Shown in pieces: positions 10,599 to 21,361 of a DNA stretch of 64,000 nucleotides (its first letter is position 1; the number at the start of each line of letters is the position of its first letter). The notes beneath the pieces were generated by a model. It was not told the DNA's origin, did no database searches, and saw only the letters and a program-made list of their open reading frames with translations. The DNA is from an uncultured Microthrixaceae bacterium. Its GTDB lineage: Bacteria > Actinomycetota > Acidimicrobiia > Acidimicrobiales > Microtrichaceae. The stretch lies in assembly GCA_963700425.1 (NCBI GenBank), contig CAVOXO010000010.1, positions 40,666-104,665 of the forward strand. The letters are read 5' to 3'. A program made the position numbers and the translations under genes.

Positions 10599-12316
10599 CG
10601 GTCATCGCCACGGCCGGTCACGTCGACCACGGCAAGTCCACCCTGGTGAGGGCGCTCACCGGTGTCGACCCTGATCGATGGGCTGAGGAGAAGGCTCGCG
10701 GCCTCACGATCGACCTCGGCTTCGCGGCCATGGCGCCCGGCCCCGACGGGTCGCGCGTGGAGTTCGTGGACGTACCGGGACACACCCGCTTCCTGCGCAA
10801 CATGTTGGCCGGAGTCGGAGCCATCTCGCGGTGCCTGTTCGTCGTCGCGGCCGATGACGGATGGAAACCCCAATCCGAGGAACACCTTCGCATCCTCCAG
10901 GTTCTCGGGGTCACCGCCGGCGTCATCGCTCTCACCAAGGTCGATCGCGTCGATCCCGAGACCATCGAGATCGCCCGAACGGAGATAGCCGACGCCGTCG
11001 TCGGAACGTTCCTGCAGGATGCCCCCGTCCTTGCGACCGACGCGACGTCGGGACTCGGGATCGACGAGCTCCGCGGCGCGTTGATCGACCTGGCCGGCCG
11101 GCCCGCACGTAGCCCCGTTCCGCCACGGTTCCGCCTCTGGATCGATCGCTCCTTCGCCGCACAGGGGGCGGGCACCGTCGTCACCGGAACGCTGACGGGC
11201 GGCTCGTTGGCGCGCGACGATCGCGTCGTGGTCGCTCCGGGCCGGCGCCACGCCCGGATCCGTGCACTCCAGCATCACGGCGAGGACGTCGAGAGCATCG
11301 GACCCGACCATCGCGTAGCGGTGAACCTCTCGGGAATCGCCCATACCGACGTGATCCGTGGAGACGCCCTCGTCGCCGGGGATGCGTGGCATCACACCGA
11401 TGTCTTCGATGCGTCCCTCGCTGTTCTCGATCGCCTCGGACACTCAGTGAGCCGCAGGGGAAGTCACGTCTGCTACGTCGGATCGGGGGAGTTCCCCGCA
11501 CGGTTGCGGGTCCTCGGCCCATCCGCGCTCGACCCCGGTCAGCAGGGTTTCGTGCGTGTCCGGCTCGATCACCCGTTGCCACTGCAACCGGGCGACCGAT
11601 TCGTTCTGCGGGACTACGGCCGGGACGAGACAGTCGGAGGCGGCGAGGTCCTGGACGTCGAACCGGCCCTTCCCGCGTCTCGGGCGCTCCCCGATCGGTC
11701 GGTCGCCCGGCTGGTGGCCGAGAGGGGCGTCGTGGAGGCCTCGCATCTGGAGCTCCTGTGCGGCTTTCCGGTCACCCCCGATCTCGGACCGTTTGTGGTG
11801 GACCCGGCGCTCAGGGAGGTCTGGAGCCGAGACCTCCGGGACGCCCTCGAGACGGCCGGTCCCGATGGCGTCACCCTGGCCGCGCTCGACGAACCTCGCC
11901 GTCTGCTGATGGCCACCCTCGAGGGTGTCGTCCTCGCCGACGGGGTGGCACGGGTCGACGGTGCGACCGACCACGAGCGGGTCAGCGACGTGCTCGCCGC
12001 GCTCGACTCCTCGCCCTTCGCTCCTCCGGAGATCGATCCGGCGTCACGGGGCGTGGTCAACGACCTGAAGCGGGCGGGCCTGGCCGTCGAACACGACGGC
12101 ATCATCTTCTCGGCGGACGCCATCGCACTCGCCTCGGCGGTCGTCGCCGATCTGCTGGCGAGACATCCCGAGGGCTTCTCCGTCGCCCAGGCTCGTACGG
12201 CCTGGGGGAACACCCGGAAGCACGCCGTCCCGCTCCTGGAGATTCTCGATTCGCGTGGCGTGACCAGACGCCGCGACGACAAGCGTCTGGCCGGCCCACG
12301 ACTTCCCGCCAGGTGA
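10595..12316 (+). CDS. selB: Selenocysteine-specific translation elongation factor SelB
   Basis: GHVDHGKSTL, DVPGH and TKVD GTPase motifs with a long C-terminal winged-helix-type region. GTG start overlaps the selA stop. Confidence 0.85.
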   Translation: MTVIATAGHVDHGKSTLVRALTGVDPDRWAEEKARGLTIDLGFAAMAPGPDGSRVEFVDVPGHTRFLRNMLAGVGAISRCLFVVAADDGWKPQSEEHLRILQVLGVTAGVIALTKVDRVDPETIEIARTEIADAVVGTFLQDAPVLATDATSGLGIDELRGALIDLAGRPARSPVPPRFRLWIDRSFAAQGAGTVVTGTLTGGSLARDDRVVVAPGRRHARIRALQHHGEDVESIGPDHRVAVNLSGIAHTDVIRGDALVAGDAWHHTDVFDASLAVLDRLGHSVSRRGSHVCYVGSGEFPARLRVLGPSALDPGQQGFVRVRLDHPLPLQPGDRFVLRDYGRDETVGGGEVLDVEPALPASRALPDRSVARLVAERGVVEASHLELLCGFPVTPDLGPFVVDPALREVWSRDLRDALETAGPDGVTLAALDEPRRLLMATLEGVVLADGVARVDGATDHERVSDVLAALDSSPFAPPEIDPASRGVVNDLKRAGLAVEHDGIIFSADAIALASAVVADLLARHPEGFSVAQARTAWGNTRKHAVPLLEILDSRGVTRRRDDKRLAGPRLPAR

Positions 12317-12388
12317 CGCGTCGGCCTGGTTGCGAGGCGTGGAGCGGGTGCCCCTCCGGTGCCACCCGGCCCGGGCGAGGTCGGGGAC

Positions 12389-12661
12389 TCAGGCCGTGGC
12401 GGTCGACCGCTCGTCGAGGATCATCCGGCGCTCCGCCTCGTTGAGCCCACCCCAGATGCCGTGCGGCTCACGGATCTCGAGTGCGTACTCCAGGCACTCC
12501 ACCGCCACCGGGCAGTCCGAACAGATCTCCCGGGCCCGATTCTCCCGCTCCGCTCGATCGACTTTCCGCTCGAACTGCGGTGGCGGAAAGAACACGGTCG
12601 CGTGTGGACCCCGACAAGCCCCCCGGTTCTGCCACGAGTCGTAGGACGGAAGTGCGCTCAC
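12389..12661 (-). CDS. whiB: WhiB-family Fe-S transcription regulator
   Basis: C-x(n)-C-x2-C-x5-C (CRGPH...CSDCPVAVEC) followed by GIWGG. GTG at 12661 is preceded by aaggggga. It forms the 3' part of the artificial ORF 12389..14059. Confidence 0.85.
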   Translation of the reverse strand: MSALPSYDSWQNRGACRGPHATVFFPPPQFERKVDRAERENRAREICSDCPVAVECLEYALEIREPHGIWGGLNEAERRMILDERSTATA

Positions 12662-12738
12662 AAAGTTCCCCCTTGTTGTCGCCCCCACGCTATGTCCGGC
12701 TTCCACGGAGCGACAAGGATCAATTTGTGCGCGTCCCG

Positions 12739-14059
12739 CTAGCTGTCGCGAGCGCTCTCCGGCCCGCCGGACCGCATCTCGCGGTAGTCGCGGGCCGCTC
12801 CCTCCAGCGGCTCGACCTCGAGCGTGAGCCCGTCGATGCCGGTCACACGCAGTGACTCCGTCTCGGCGATCGGCGTCGCGCGGTTGGTGATCGCCCTCCA
12901 CCGGGCCCCGTCGACCTCGACGAGACCCTCGGGCGCGATCGCGGTCACGGCGGAGCCGACCTCGCCGATCATCGATTCGCGACCGATCGTCGGCGGTGGC
13001 GAATCGGCTCCTCACCATCGAGGGCATTCCCGAGAACATCGTCGTCGCCATACCCACGATTCCGGTCATCAACGCCAGGAGGGGTGCCCGAATCCCATCG
13101 AAGAGCCACACCGACCCGACGGTCCACATGATCAGTCCGGCGGCGGTCCAGAACCGGGGTATCGCCGTCTGGATGTCCACCGCGAACGCGATCGCCGACA
13201 GGAGACAGAGGGCGAGTGCCCAGGGCCGCGTCGGGAGAGCCGCCAATCCGTAACCCGCCAGGAGGGCACAGACCGCGCCCACCACGCCGGCGATGCCGAC
13301 CCCCGCCGTGAAGAATTCGAAGAGCAGCAGTCCGATCGCCAACCCCAACATGAGGTAGGCGATCGCCGGGCTCGCCGCGGTGTGGAACAGCTGAGTCGTC
13401 ACCGGGAGGGTCTGGGTGACCCGGTCCGCAGCCAGCTGTCGCTTCGGTCGGCCCTCGCTGTCGGTGATCGTCTCGGTGGGGATGCCGTCGATGTCGACGG
13501 CATGATCGCCCAGGGTGGCGGCCACCCCGGCGACGAGGCCCCGGTCAGCCGCCTCGCCGGCCGAAATGTCGTCGGTGCGCAGGTCGGCATTGCCGTCGTC
13601 GAACCAGTCGCCGTAGGTCCCGACCGGCAGACGTTGCTGCCCGATGGATCCGATGCGCGTGGCGGGCGCCATGGTCGACCCGTCCAACGCCAACACCAGT
13701 TCTGCTGCGCCTCCGCCCGCCGCCGCCCCTGACGGCCCCACCCAGGCACTGACACCGACGTCCGCGTTCTCGATGCGGTCGACGAACCTCTCGAACTCCG
13801 GGTCCGTCACGACGGTGCCCGAGCTGTTGACGACGAGGATCACCGCCAGATAGCGATCATTGGTCTCCACGTCAGCGAGCGCGGTGTCGACGAAATCGAT
13901 GACGACGTCGTCGATGAGACCGTTGACGTTGATGGCGAGAACGCAGCCGTCGTCGTTGGCGCACCCGCGCTCCTCGGCGCCCGCGGGGGCCATGACGAAC
14001 GCCGACGCGGCCAAGCCCACGATGACGAGCGTCAGGAGGCGACTCGCTAATCTGCGCAT
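12739..14059 (-). pseudogene. NfeD-family membrane-bound ClpP-class serine protease; +1 frame break near 12990
   Basis: Signal peptide, ClpP/S49-like N-terminal domain and 4-5 TM helices. After ...SMVRSRFAT the reading continues in ORF 12739..12972 (MIGEVGSAVTAI...GARWRAI..., NfeD OB-fold). Confidence 0.7.
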
Positions 14060-14083
14060 TCGTTCGTTCTCCGAAGGGGAAGT

Positions 14084-15055
14084 GTGGATCCTGCGCAGTT
14101 CTTCACTGCAGCGCCGGTCACCATCGTTGCCGGGAAGGGCGGGGTCGGCAAGACGACCGTGACCGCCGCGATGGCCTCGGCGGCCTCGGCGGTGGGTCTC
14201 GATGTCCTCATCGTCGAGATCGAGGGCAAGTCGCAGCTCGCGTCGCTGTTCGGATCGGACGAGCTCGGATACGAGGACGTCGAGCTACGAGCGGCGGACC
14301 CCGAGTCGGGATCGGGGCAGATCCGAGGCCGGGCACTCACTCCCGACCGGGCGCTCGTCGAATACCTCGGCGAACACGGGCTGCAACGAATCTCCAGACG
14401 ACTGTCGGACAGCGGTGCTCTCGACATGGTCACCACAGCCACGCCCGGCATCAAGGACGTGCTCATACTCGGCAAGATCAAGCAGATCGAGCGGGAGGGT
14501 GTCGTCGACCTGATCCTCGTCGACGCGCCCGCCGCCGGACACGCCATCACGTTTCTCCGGAGCGCATCGGGCCTGAAGGATGCGGTGAGCGTCGGTCCGA
14601 TCGAGAATCAGGCCCGTGAGGTGATCGACCTGTTGACCGACGCGGACCGTTGTCGGGTCGTGCTCGTCACGCTTCCCGAGGAGACCCCGGTCAACGAAGC
14701 CGTCGAGACGGCCTTCAGCCTGGAAGACCAGGTCGGGGTCACCCTCGGTCCCGTCGTCGTGAACGGCGCGTATCCGGCGCGTGACCTGCCCAGCGACGCC
14801 GCCGCCGCAGCAGCGGCCGAAGGAGTCGACCTCACCGCCGAGGAGTGCGATCGACTCGATGCGGCCGCCGCGTTCTTCACGGGTCGCGCCGACAGCCAGC
14901 GGGCCCAGATCGAACGGCTCGCCGCCGCACTGCCGTTGGCCCAGCTCAGGATGCCGTTCGTCTTCCGGGCCGACCTCGACGAGGAGTCGCTCGGCGTTCT
15001 CTCCGAGGCGCTGTTGATCGAACTCGGTCGTCTCGACCTCCCGAACGCCTCATGA
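14084..15055 (+). CDS. ArsA/GET3-like anion-transporter-family ATPase (first of pair)
   Basis: Deviant Walker A GKGGVGKTT, DAPAAGH. Confidence 0.8.
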   Translation: MDPAQFFTAAPVTIVAGKGGVGKTTVTAAMASAASAVGLDVLIVEIEGKSQLASLFGSDELGYEDVELRAADPESGSGQIRGRALTPDRALVEYLGEHGLQRISRRLSDSGALDMVTTATPGIKDVLILGKIKQIEREGVVDLILVDAPAAGHAITFLRSASGLKDAVSVGPIENQAREVIDLLTDADRCRVVLVTLPEETPVNEAVETAFSLEDQVGVTLGPVVVNGAYPARDLPSDAAAAAAAEGVDLTAEECDRLDAAAAFFTGRADSQRAQIERLAAALPLAQLRMPFVFRADLDEESLGVLSEALLIELGRLDLPNAS

Positions 15056-16146
15056 CCGTCGGCGTCGGAGATCTGGTGGACCGGGCCAGCGTCATCATCT
15101 GTTGTGGTTCGGGCGGGGTCGGAAAGACCACCTCCGCTGCGGTATTCGCCCTGGAGGCGGCCAAGCGAGGGCGACGTGGAGTCGTCGTCACCATCGATCC
15201 GGCGAAACGCCTGGCCGACGCTCTCGGCCTGGAAGGCCTCACCAACGAGCCTGCGGTGATCGAGGGGGACTGGCCCGGCGAGATGGCGGCATTGATGCTC
15301 GACACCGAAGGCACGTTCAACGGCCTGGTCGCCCGATACGCCGGATCCACCGAGCAGGCCGAGAAGATCCTCGCCAACCGGTTCTACCGCAACATCGCCG
15401 GTGCGCTGTCGGGAACCCAGGAGTACATGGCCACCGAGAAGCTGTACGAGCTCGCGACGGAGACAGATGTCGACCTCATCGTCGTGGACACGCCACCGAC
15501 CCGTCATGCCCTCGACTTCCTCGATGCGCCCGGCCGCCTGGCGAGGTTTCTCGACCATCGCCTGTACCGGGCCATCACCGCGCCCACGAAGGGGATCGTG
15601 AGGGCCGTGAACTACGCCGCCCAGACCTTCCTGCGGCGCGCCGCCAAGGTCGTCGGAGGCGAGGTCATCGCGGACGCGATCGCCTTCTTCGCCGCCTTCG
15701 AAGGGATGGACGAGGGATTCAAACAGCGGGCGTTGATGGTGGAGGAACTGCTCGGCGCCCAGGACACCGCGTTCGTTCTCGTGGCCTCGCCACGTGAGGA
15801 GACCGTCGCCGAGGCGCGGTACTTCGCGGAGCGCCTCGGCGTCTCCGACATCGACGTGGCGGCCGTCATCGTCAACCGCCTCCACCCCCGCTTCGGTGAC
15901 GAACCCGACCGATCCTCCACCGATCGTGCCGCGGCCGACACCTACCGGGGCACGCCTCTCGGTGACCTCTACGCGACGGCCGCGGAACTCAACGACGTCG
16001 CAATCGCCGAACGACGGAATCTGGCACACCTCGAGGAGTCGATCCGTGGCGCGCTCGTGGTGGAGGTTCCGTACCTGCCCTTCGAGGTGCACGACCTCGA
16101 CACCCTCTCGGCGCTGGGCGACTACCTCTTCGACCGCGCTCCCTGA
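15052..16146 (+). CDS. ArsA/GET3-like anion-transporter-family ATPase (second of pair)
   Basis: MTVGVGDLV...CCGSGGVGKTT, TIDPAKRLADALGL, VDTPPTRHALDFL. ATGA overlap with the upstream partner. Confidence 0.8.
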   Translation: MTVGVGDLVDRASVIICCGSGGVGKTTSAAVFALEAAKRGRRGVVVTIDPAKRLADALGLEGLTNEPAVIEGDWPGEMAALMLDTEGTFNGLVARYAGSTEQAEKILANRFYRNIAGALSGTQEYMATEKLYELATETDVDLIVVDTPPTRHALDFLDAPGRLARFLDHRLYRAITAPTKGIVRAVNYAAQTFLRRAAKVVGGEVIADAIAFFAAFEGMDEGFKQRALMVEELLGAQDTAFVLVASPREETVAEARYFAERLGVSDIDVAAVIVNRLHPRFGDEPDRSSTDRAAADTYRGTPLGDLYATAAELNDVAIAERRNLAHLEESIRGALVVEVPYLPFEVHDLDTLSALGDYLFDRAP

Positions 16147-16165
16147 ACCACGTCGAGGCGCACGC

Positions 16166-16501
16166 TCAGGGGGCGAAGGTCTGAACGGCTCCGTCGACGT
16201 CGGCCCTCACCTGGACCATTCGGTCGAATCGGGTCGTGTGCAACAGACGCAGCACTGCGGGGCGATCGCACACCACCGCGGCCTCACCCCCGCTGTCGCG
16301 GATCCGCCGGATACCTCCGATCAGCGCACCCAGACCGGCGGAGTCCATGAACGGAACAGCCGACAGATCGATCACCACCTGAGGGCAGCCGACCAGTGCC
16401 TTGAGCTCCGTCCTGAACTCGTTGACGGTGAACGCGTCCAGCTCACCGTCGGGACGGCACACGGTTGTCCCTTCCTGCTCTGCCACCTCGAATCCAACCA
16501 A
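16166..16501 (-). CDS. STAS-domain anti-sigma-factor antagonist
   Basis: ELDAFTVNEFR...VIDLSAVPFMDSAGLGALIGG (SpoIIAA-like, with the phosphorylatable Ser context DSAG). Confidence 0.8.
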   Translation of the reverse strand: MVGFEVAEQEGTTVCRPDGELDAFTVNEFRTELKALVGCPQVVIDLSAVPFMDSAGLGALIGGIRRIRDSGGEAAVVCDRPAVLRLLHTTRFDRMVQVRADVDGAVQTFAP

Positions 16502-16619
16502 TGGTCCTCCCCTTCCTTGGCCACGAGTCGGCGTGTCGGCTCATGGTACCCAGTGGCGGCCCGGACGCAAGGCCGACGTGGTGGAGGCACTTCGCGGCCA
16601 ACCGCTACCATCTCGCCAC

Positions 16620-17036
16620 GTGACGACCGTGCTGGTGGCAACCGACGCCGACGAGGTCTGGGAAGAGGTCGACGCCGCTCTGGCGTCACGCGACTGCTCG
16701 GTCATGCGGGTGCGACGTGGAGCCGACGTCGAAGCGGCCAGCCGTCAGATCGAACCCGACATCATCCTCATCGACAGCCAGATCGGGGCGATGGGCGGCA
16801 TCGCCACCGCGATGAACCTCCGCCTCGAGGAGTCCGGCGGCCGGTTGGCCCCCCAGCGTCTCGTATTGCTCCTGGACCGGGCCGACGACGTGTTCCTCGC
16901 TCGACGCGCCGACACCGACGGATGGCTCGTGAAGCCACTCGACAGCCGCCGTCTCAGCTCTGCGGTGGCCACGGTGCTCGATGGCGGCCGGGTCGAGGAG
17001 GGCCCGTCGCTCAGCGGTTCGCTCGACCCTCGTTGA
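16620..17036 (+). CDS. Stand-alone receiver (REC) domain protein
   Basis: GTG 16620 in the frame of ORF 16401..17036. [15 protein letters not shown] and WLVKPL (conserved Lys-Pro). No output domain. Confidence 0.6.
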   Translation: MTTVLVATDADEVWEEVDAALASRDCSVMRVRRGADVEAASRQIEPDIILIDSQIGAMGGIATAMNLRLEESGGRLAPQRLVLLLDRADDVFLARRADTDGWLVKPLDSRRLSSAVATVLDGGRVEEGPSLSGSLDPR

Positions 17037-17090
17037 GCGACGGGCCCCTTTGCCACGGGCCGGTCACCAGGCGATAGCATCACGGCTCGC

Positions 17091-17167
17091 CGGGTGGTGG
17101 CGCAGTTTGGTAGCGCGCTGCGTTCGGGACGCAGAGGCCGGGAGTTCAAGTCTCCCCCACCCGACCA
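17091..17167 (+). tRNA. tRNA-Pro (anticodon CGG), CCA encoded
   Basis: Acceptor cgggtgg/ccacccg, anticodon arm ctgcg-ttCGGga-cgcag, T arm gggag-ttcaagt-ctccc, discriminator A, then cca. Confidence 0.9.
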
Positions 17168-17171
17168 CACC

Positions 17172-17208
17172 GTCGATCGCCCCCGCGCCGAGCGCGGGGG
17201 CGATCGAC
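17172..17208 (+). terminator. Perfect 17-bp GC-rich hairpin immediately after tRNA-Pro (no U tract)
   Basis: gtcgatcgcccccgcgc-cga-gcgcgggggcgatcgac read directly. Confidence 0.6.
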
Positions 17209-17271
17209 GTTCCGGGTGGGTTCCCGCTGACATCTCTCAAGTCTTTTCGCGACGTCGCCGATAGCTACATC

Positions 17272-17745
17272 GTGACGCAGCACCTCACCACTCATCGTCC
17301 CCGCCGGTCCGTCCGGTTGCTCGCGGGCCTTCTGGCCATGACGCTGTCGGCGGCGTTCCTCGCCTCGTGCGAGTCCACCGACGCCGAGCGCGCCGAGGTG
17401 CTCGCTCTCATCAACAGCTCGAGGGCCTCGGCCGGACTGGCTCCCCTCGCCGACAGCATGACGCTCGACATCAAGGCCGACGCGTGGGCACAGAAGCTGC
17501 GCGACGAGTGCCGGCTGTCGCATTCGACGCTCAGCAACGGCGCTCCGTCGAACTGGAAGAAGCTCGGCGAGAACGTCGGATACGGCGGGAGCATCGGCCA
17601 GGTGCACAGTGCCTACCTGAACTCCTCGGGACACCGGGCCAACATCATGGACCCGTCCTTCAACGAGGCCGGCACCGCAGCGGTGTGGGGAACCTGCAAC
17701 GGTCAGCAGAGGGTGTTCACGGTTCAGGTGTTCATGAAGTCCTGA
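17272..17745 (+). CDS. CAP/SCP-domain lipoprotein
   Basis: LLAMTLSAAFLASC lipobox. CAP-type motifs GHRANIMDPSFNEAG and ENVGYG. Confidence 0.7.
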   Translation: MTQHLTTHRPRRSVRLLAGLLAMTLSAAFLASCESTDAERAEVLALINSSRASAGLAPLADSMTLDIKADAWAQKLRDECRLSHSTLSNGAPSNWKKLGENVGYGGSIGQVHSAYLNSSGHRANIMDPSFNEAGTAAVWGTCNGQQRVFTVQVFMKS

Positions 17746-17759
17746 CTCGGGCCGGTCGG

Positions 17760-18032
17760 GTGGACGGTATCGTCCGCGTCGTGGACATCTCGGAGTTCCA
17801 GGACCTCATGTCAGATCTGTACGGCGCCGCCGACACCGAGCGTGGAATTCCCTCGACGGTGGCCTGGCTGTGCGAAGAGGTCGGAGAACTGGCTCAGGCA
17901 GTCCGCAAAGGCTCACGCGAGCAGCGGCTCCACGAGCTCGGCGACGTGCTGGCCTGGCTGGCCTCCCTCGCCAATCAGCTCGACCTGTCGCTGAGCGAGG
18001 CGGCCCAGCGGTACGTCGACGACCCTCCCTGA
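17760..18032 (+). CDS. Small MazG-like nucleotide pyrophosphohydrolase
   Basis: WLCEEVGELAQAVRKG...ELGDVLAWLASLAN (EExxE...D pattern). The start could instead be GTG 17781. Confidence 0.6.
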   Translation: MDGIVRVVDISEFQDLMSDLYGAADTERGIPSTVAWLCEEVGELAQAVRKGSREQRLHELGDVLAWLASLANQLDLSLSEAAQRYVDDPP

Positions 18033-18071
18033 GCTACGCGAGAGACGCGGTCGGATCGGTGACCGCCCGGG

Positions 18072-19172
<1,101 letters not shown>

Positions 19173-20397
19173 TCAGAACGAGGATGAATCCAGCTCGAAT
19201 GCGGCGTGGAGGGCGGCGACGGCGGTATCGGCGAGGTCCTGGGCCACGACACAACTGATCCGGATGGCGGAGGTGGAGATCATGTCGATGTTGACCCCCG
19301 CCTCCGCCAACGTCTCGAACATCGAGGCGGCCACGCCGGGGTTGGTCTTCATCCCCGCGCCGACGAGGCTGACGCGGGCGATCTCGTGGGTGGAGGAGAC
19401 CCCGGTCGCTCCCAGCTCCTCGCTCAACGCCGCCGCCTGTCGGAGGGCGTTGTCGAGGTCATCGTGGGGCGCGGTGAAGGAGATGTCGGTGTGACCCTCC
19501 TCGGAGGTGTTCTGGACGATCATGTCGACGTTGACACCGCTGTCGGCCATGGCCCGGAACAGTCGGGCGGCGACGCCCGGCTGATCGGGCACGCCGCTGA
19601 CGGTGATCTTCGCCTCGGACAGATCGTGGGTGACCGCTCGTACGACTGCTTGTTCCATCTCGGGGTCCTCCTCGACCACCCACGTGCCCGGCTCCCAGGT
19701 GAAGGCCGAACGAACGTGCAACGTCACACCGTGGCGACGTGCGTACTCCACCGACCTCATGGCCGGCTTCGGGACAACCCGATGCGGTCATCTCCAGCAA
19801 CTCGTCGAAACTGATCCTCGACATCTTCCGCGCTTCGGGAACCACCCGTGGGTCGGTGGTGAAGACCCCCGAGACATCGGTGTAGAGCTCACATGCGTCG
19901 GCATCGAGTGCCTTGGCGAGGGCGACCGCGGTGGTGTCCGACCCGCCGCGTCCGAGGAAGGTCACATTGTGGTCCGTGGACACCCCCTGTGATCCGGCCA
20001 CGACGGGAACCTGGCCGGCCTCGACGCTCGCACGGATCCGATCGGCCCGCACCTCGAGGATGCGGGCATCGGTGTGAGTCGTGTCGGTGATGAATCCGGC
20101 CTGCGATCCCGTGTAGCTCTCCGCGGGCACGCCGACATCGGCCAGCGCCATACACATCAGCGCGATCGCCTTGCGCTCGCCGGCGGTGATGAGCATGTCC
20201 ATCTCGCGACCGGGTCGGGTCCCCGACACGTCAGCGGCGAGGCGCAGGAGTTCGTCGGTCTCCTTGCCCATCGCGGAGACCACCAGCACGATCTCGTCAC
20301 CTCGCCGGCGCGACCGGGCCACCTGATCCGCCACCGCGCGGATTCGCTCCGGATCGGCGACCGAGGTTCCGCCGAATTTCTGCACGAGACGCGCCAC
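19173..20397 (-). pseudogene. ask: Aspartate kinase; +1 frame break near 19775
   Basis: VQKFGGTSV, VVSAMG and GRGGSDTTAV lie in ORF 19459..20397. After ...LEMTASG the reading continues in ORF 19173..19760 (MRSVEYARRHGV... plus two ACT domains). Confidence 0.85.
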
Positions 20398-20467
20398 GGT
20401 GCGAAAAGCTACCAGTGGTCCCGCGGGTGCCCGACCCGATTCGCTTCATTGGTATCGTGACCGACCT

Positions 20468-21308
20468 ATGGGCACTGAGAAACGGGCACGGCAGAAACAA
20501 CTGCACCAGACGCGCCGGGAACAGGCGGCGCGCGAAGCCACTCGCCGGGCCAGAATCCGACGCCTCGTGACGATCGTCGGCGCCGTCGTGGTGGTCGGAG
20601 CCGTGATGGCGGGGGTGTCCCTTCTCGGAGACGACAACAGCGACAGCGCAGCCGACGACCAACCGCCCACCGACACGGACGCCACGACCACGACGCTGTT
20701 CCCTCCTGTCACGGGTGCGGGCCCCGCCGCATCGGTCACCGGTGAGACGCCCTGCCCCGAGACCGACGGAAGCTCACCTCGCACGACGTCGTTCGAGTCG
20801 GCACCGCCCACGTGCATCGATCCGGACGCAACCTACACAGCGACCTTCGCCACGTCGGCCGGCGATTTCACCGCCGAGTTGGACGCGGCCTCGGCGCCGG
20901 AGACCGTGAACAACTTCGTGACCCTCGCCCGCTACCACTACTACGACGGCATCCCGTTCCATCGGGTCGTGCCGAACTTCGTCATCCAGGCCGGAGACCC
21001 CCAGGTCGAGCCGACGGGGAGCGGAGGACCCGGCTACACCATCGGCGAGGAACCTCCCGACGCGTGACTACGAGCAGTACGACCTGGCGATGGCGAAGAC
21101 TCCCGAACCGAACTCCACTGGCAGCCAGTTCTTCGTCGTGACCGGTGACCCGAGTGCGCTCGCCGGCGGCGGCTATTCGTGGTTCGGCCGGGTCACCTCG
21201 GGCCAGAACGTCGTCGATCTCATCGGAGCCATCCCCACCGTCGGCCCATCGAACGACACCCCCACCCAACAGGTCGACATCGTCTCCGTCACCATTTCGG
21301 AGTCCTGA
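20468..21308 (+). pseudogene. Membrane-anchored cyclophilin-type peptidyl-prolyl isomerase; +1 frame break at about 21065
   Basis: MGTEKRARQK..., TM helix, FHRVVPNFVIQAGDP, GGPGYTIGEEPP. It then continues as DYEQYDLAMAKTPEPNSTGSQFFVV in ORF 21090..21308. Confidence 0.8.
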
Positions 21309-21361
21309 ACCCACGGGACCCAGGTGGTGTCGCCCCGACGGCGACCGGTATCTTGGCGCCC

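Noticed and set aside
12389-14059. The 556-aa ORF in the track, read as a single NfeD-WhiB fusion protein.
   Set aside because: The middle about 110 residues are Arg/Asp-rich nonsense. The NfeD reading continues in another frame (ORF 12739..12972) after a +1 break and then stops. The WhiB part has its own GTG with a Shine-Dalgarno at 12661. These are two genes joined by an open off-frame.
14608-16092. Very long antisense or off-frame ORFs. Examples: 14608..16092 (-), 49755..51239 (-), 6438..7853 (-), 21173..22585 (-), 25137..26615 (+), 3272..4672 (+), 22980..24080 upstream part.
   Set aside because: Their translations are Arg/Gly/Pro/Asp-rich without motifs. They lie opposite or out of frame to genes with clear family signatures. 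Such open frames are expected in about 70% GC DNA.
17091-17300. An integrated element or genomic island at tRNA-Pro (and likewise at tRNA-Ile, 59696-59930).
   Set aside because: There is no integrase, no duplicated tRNA 3' segment and no compositional shift. Flanking genes belong to conserved synteny.
21059-21100. In-frame TGA at 21065 in the cyclophilin gene as a selenocysteine or read-through codon. This was tempting because selA and selB are in the window.
   Set aside because: Reading through TGA in the same frame gives nonsense (LRAVRPGDGED...). The conserved sequence DYEQYDLAMAKT...GSQFFVV resumes in the +1 frame, so it is a frame break, not recoding.
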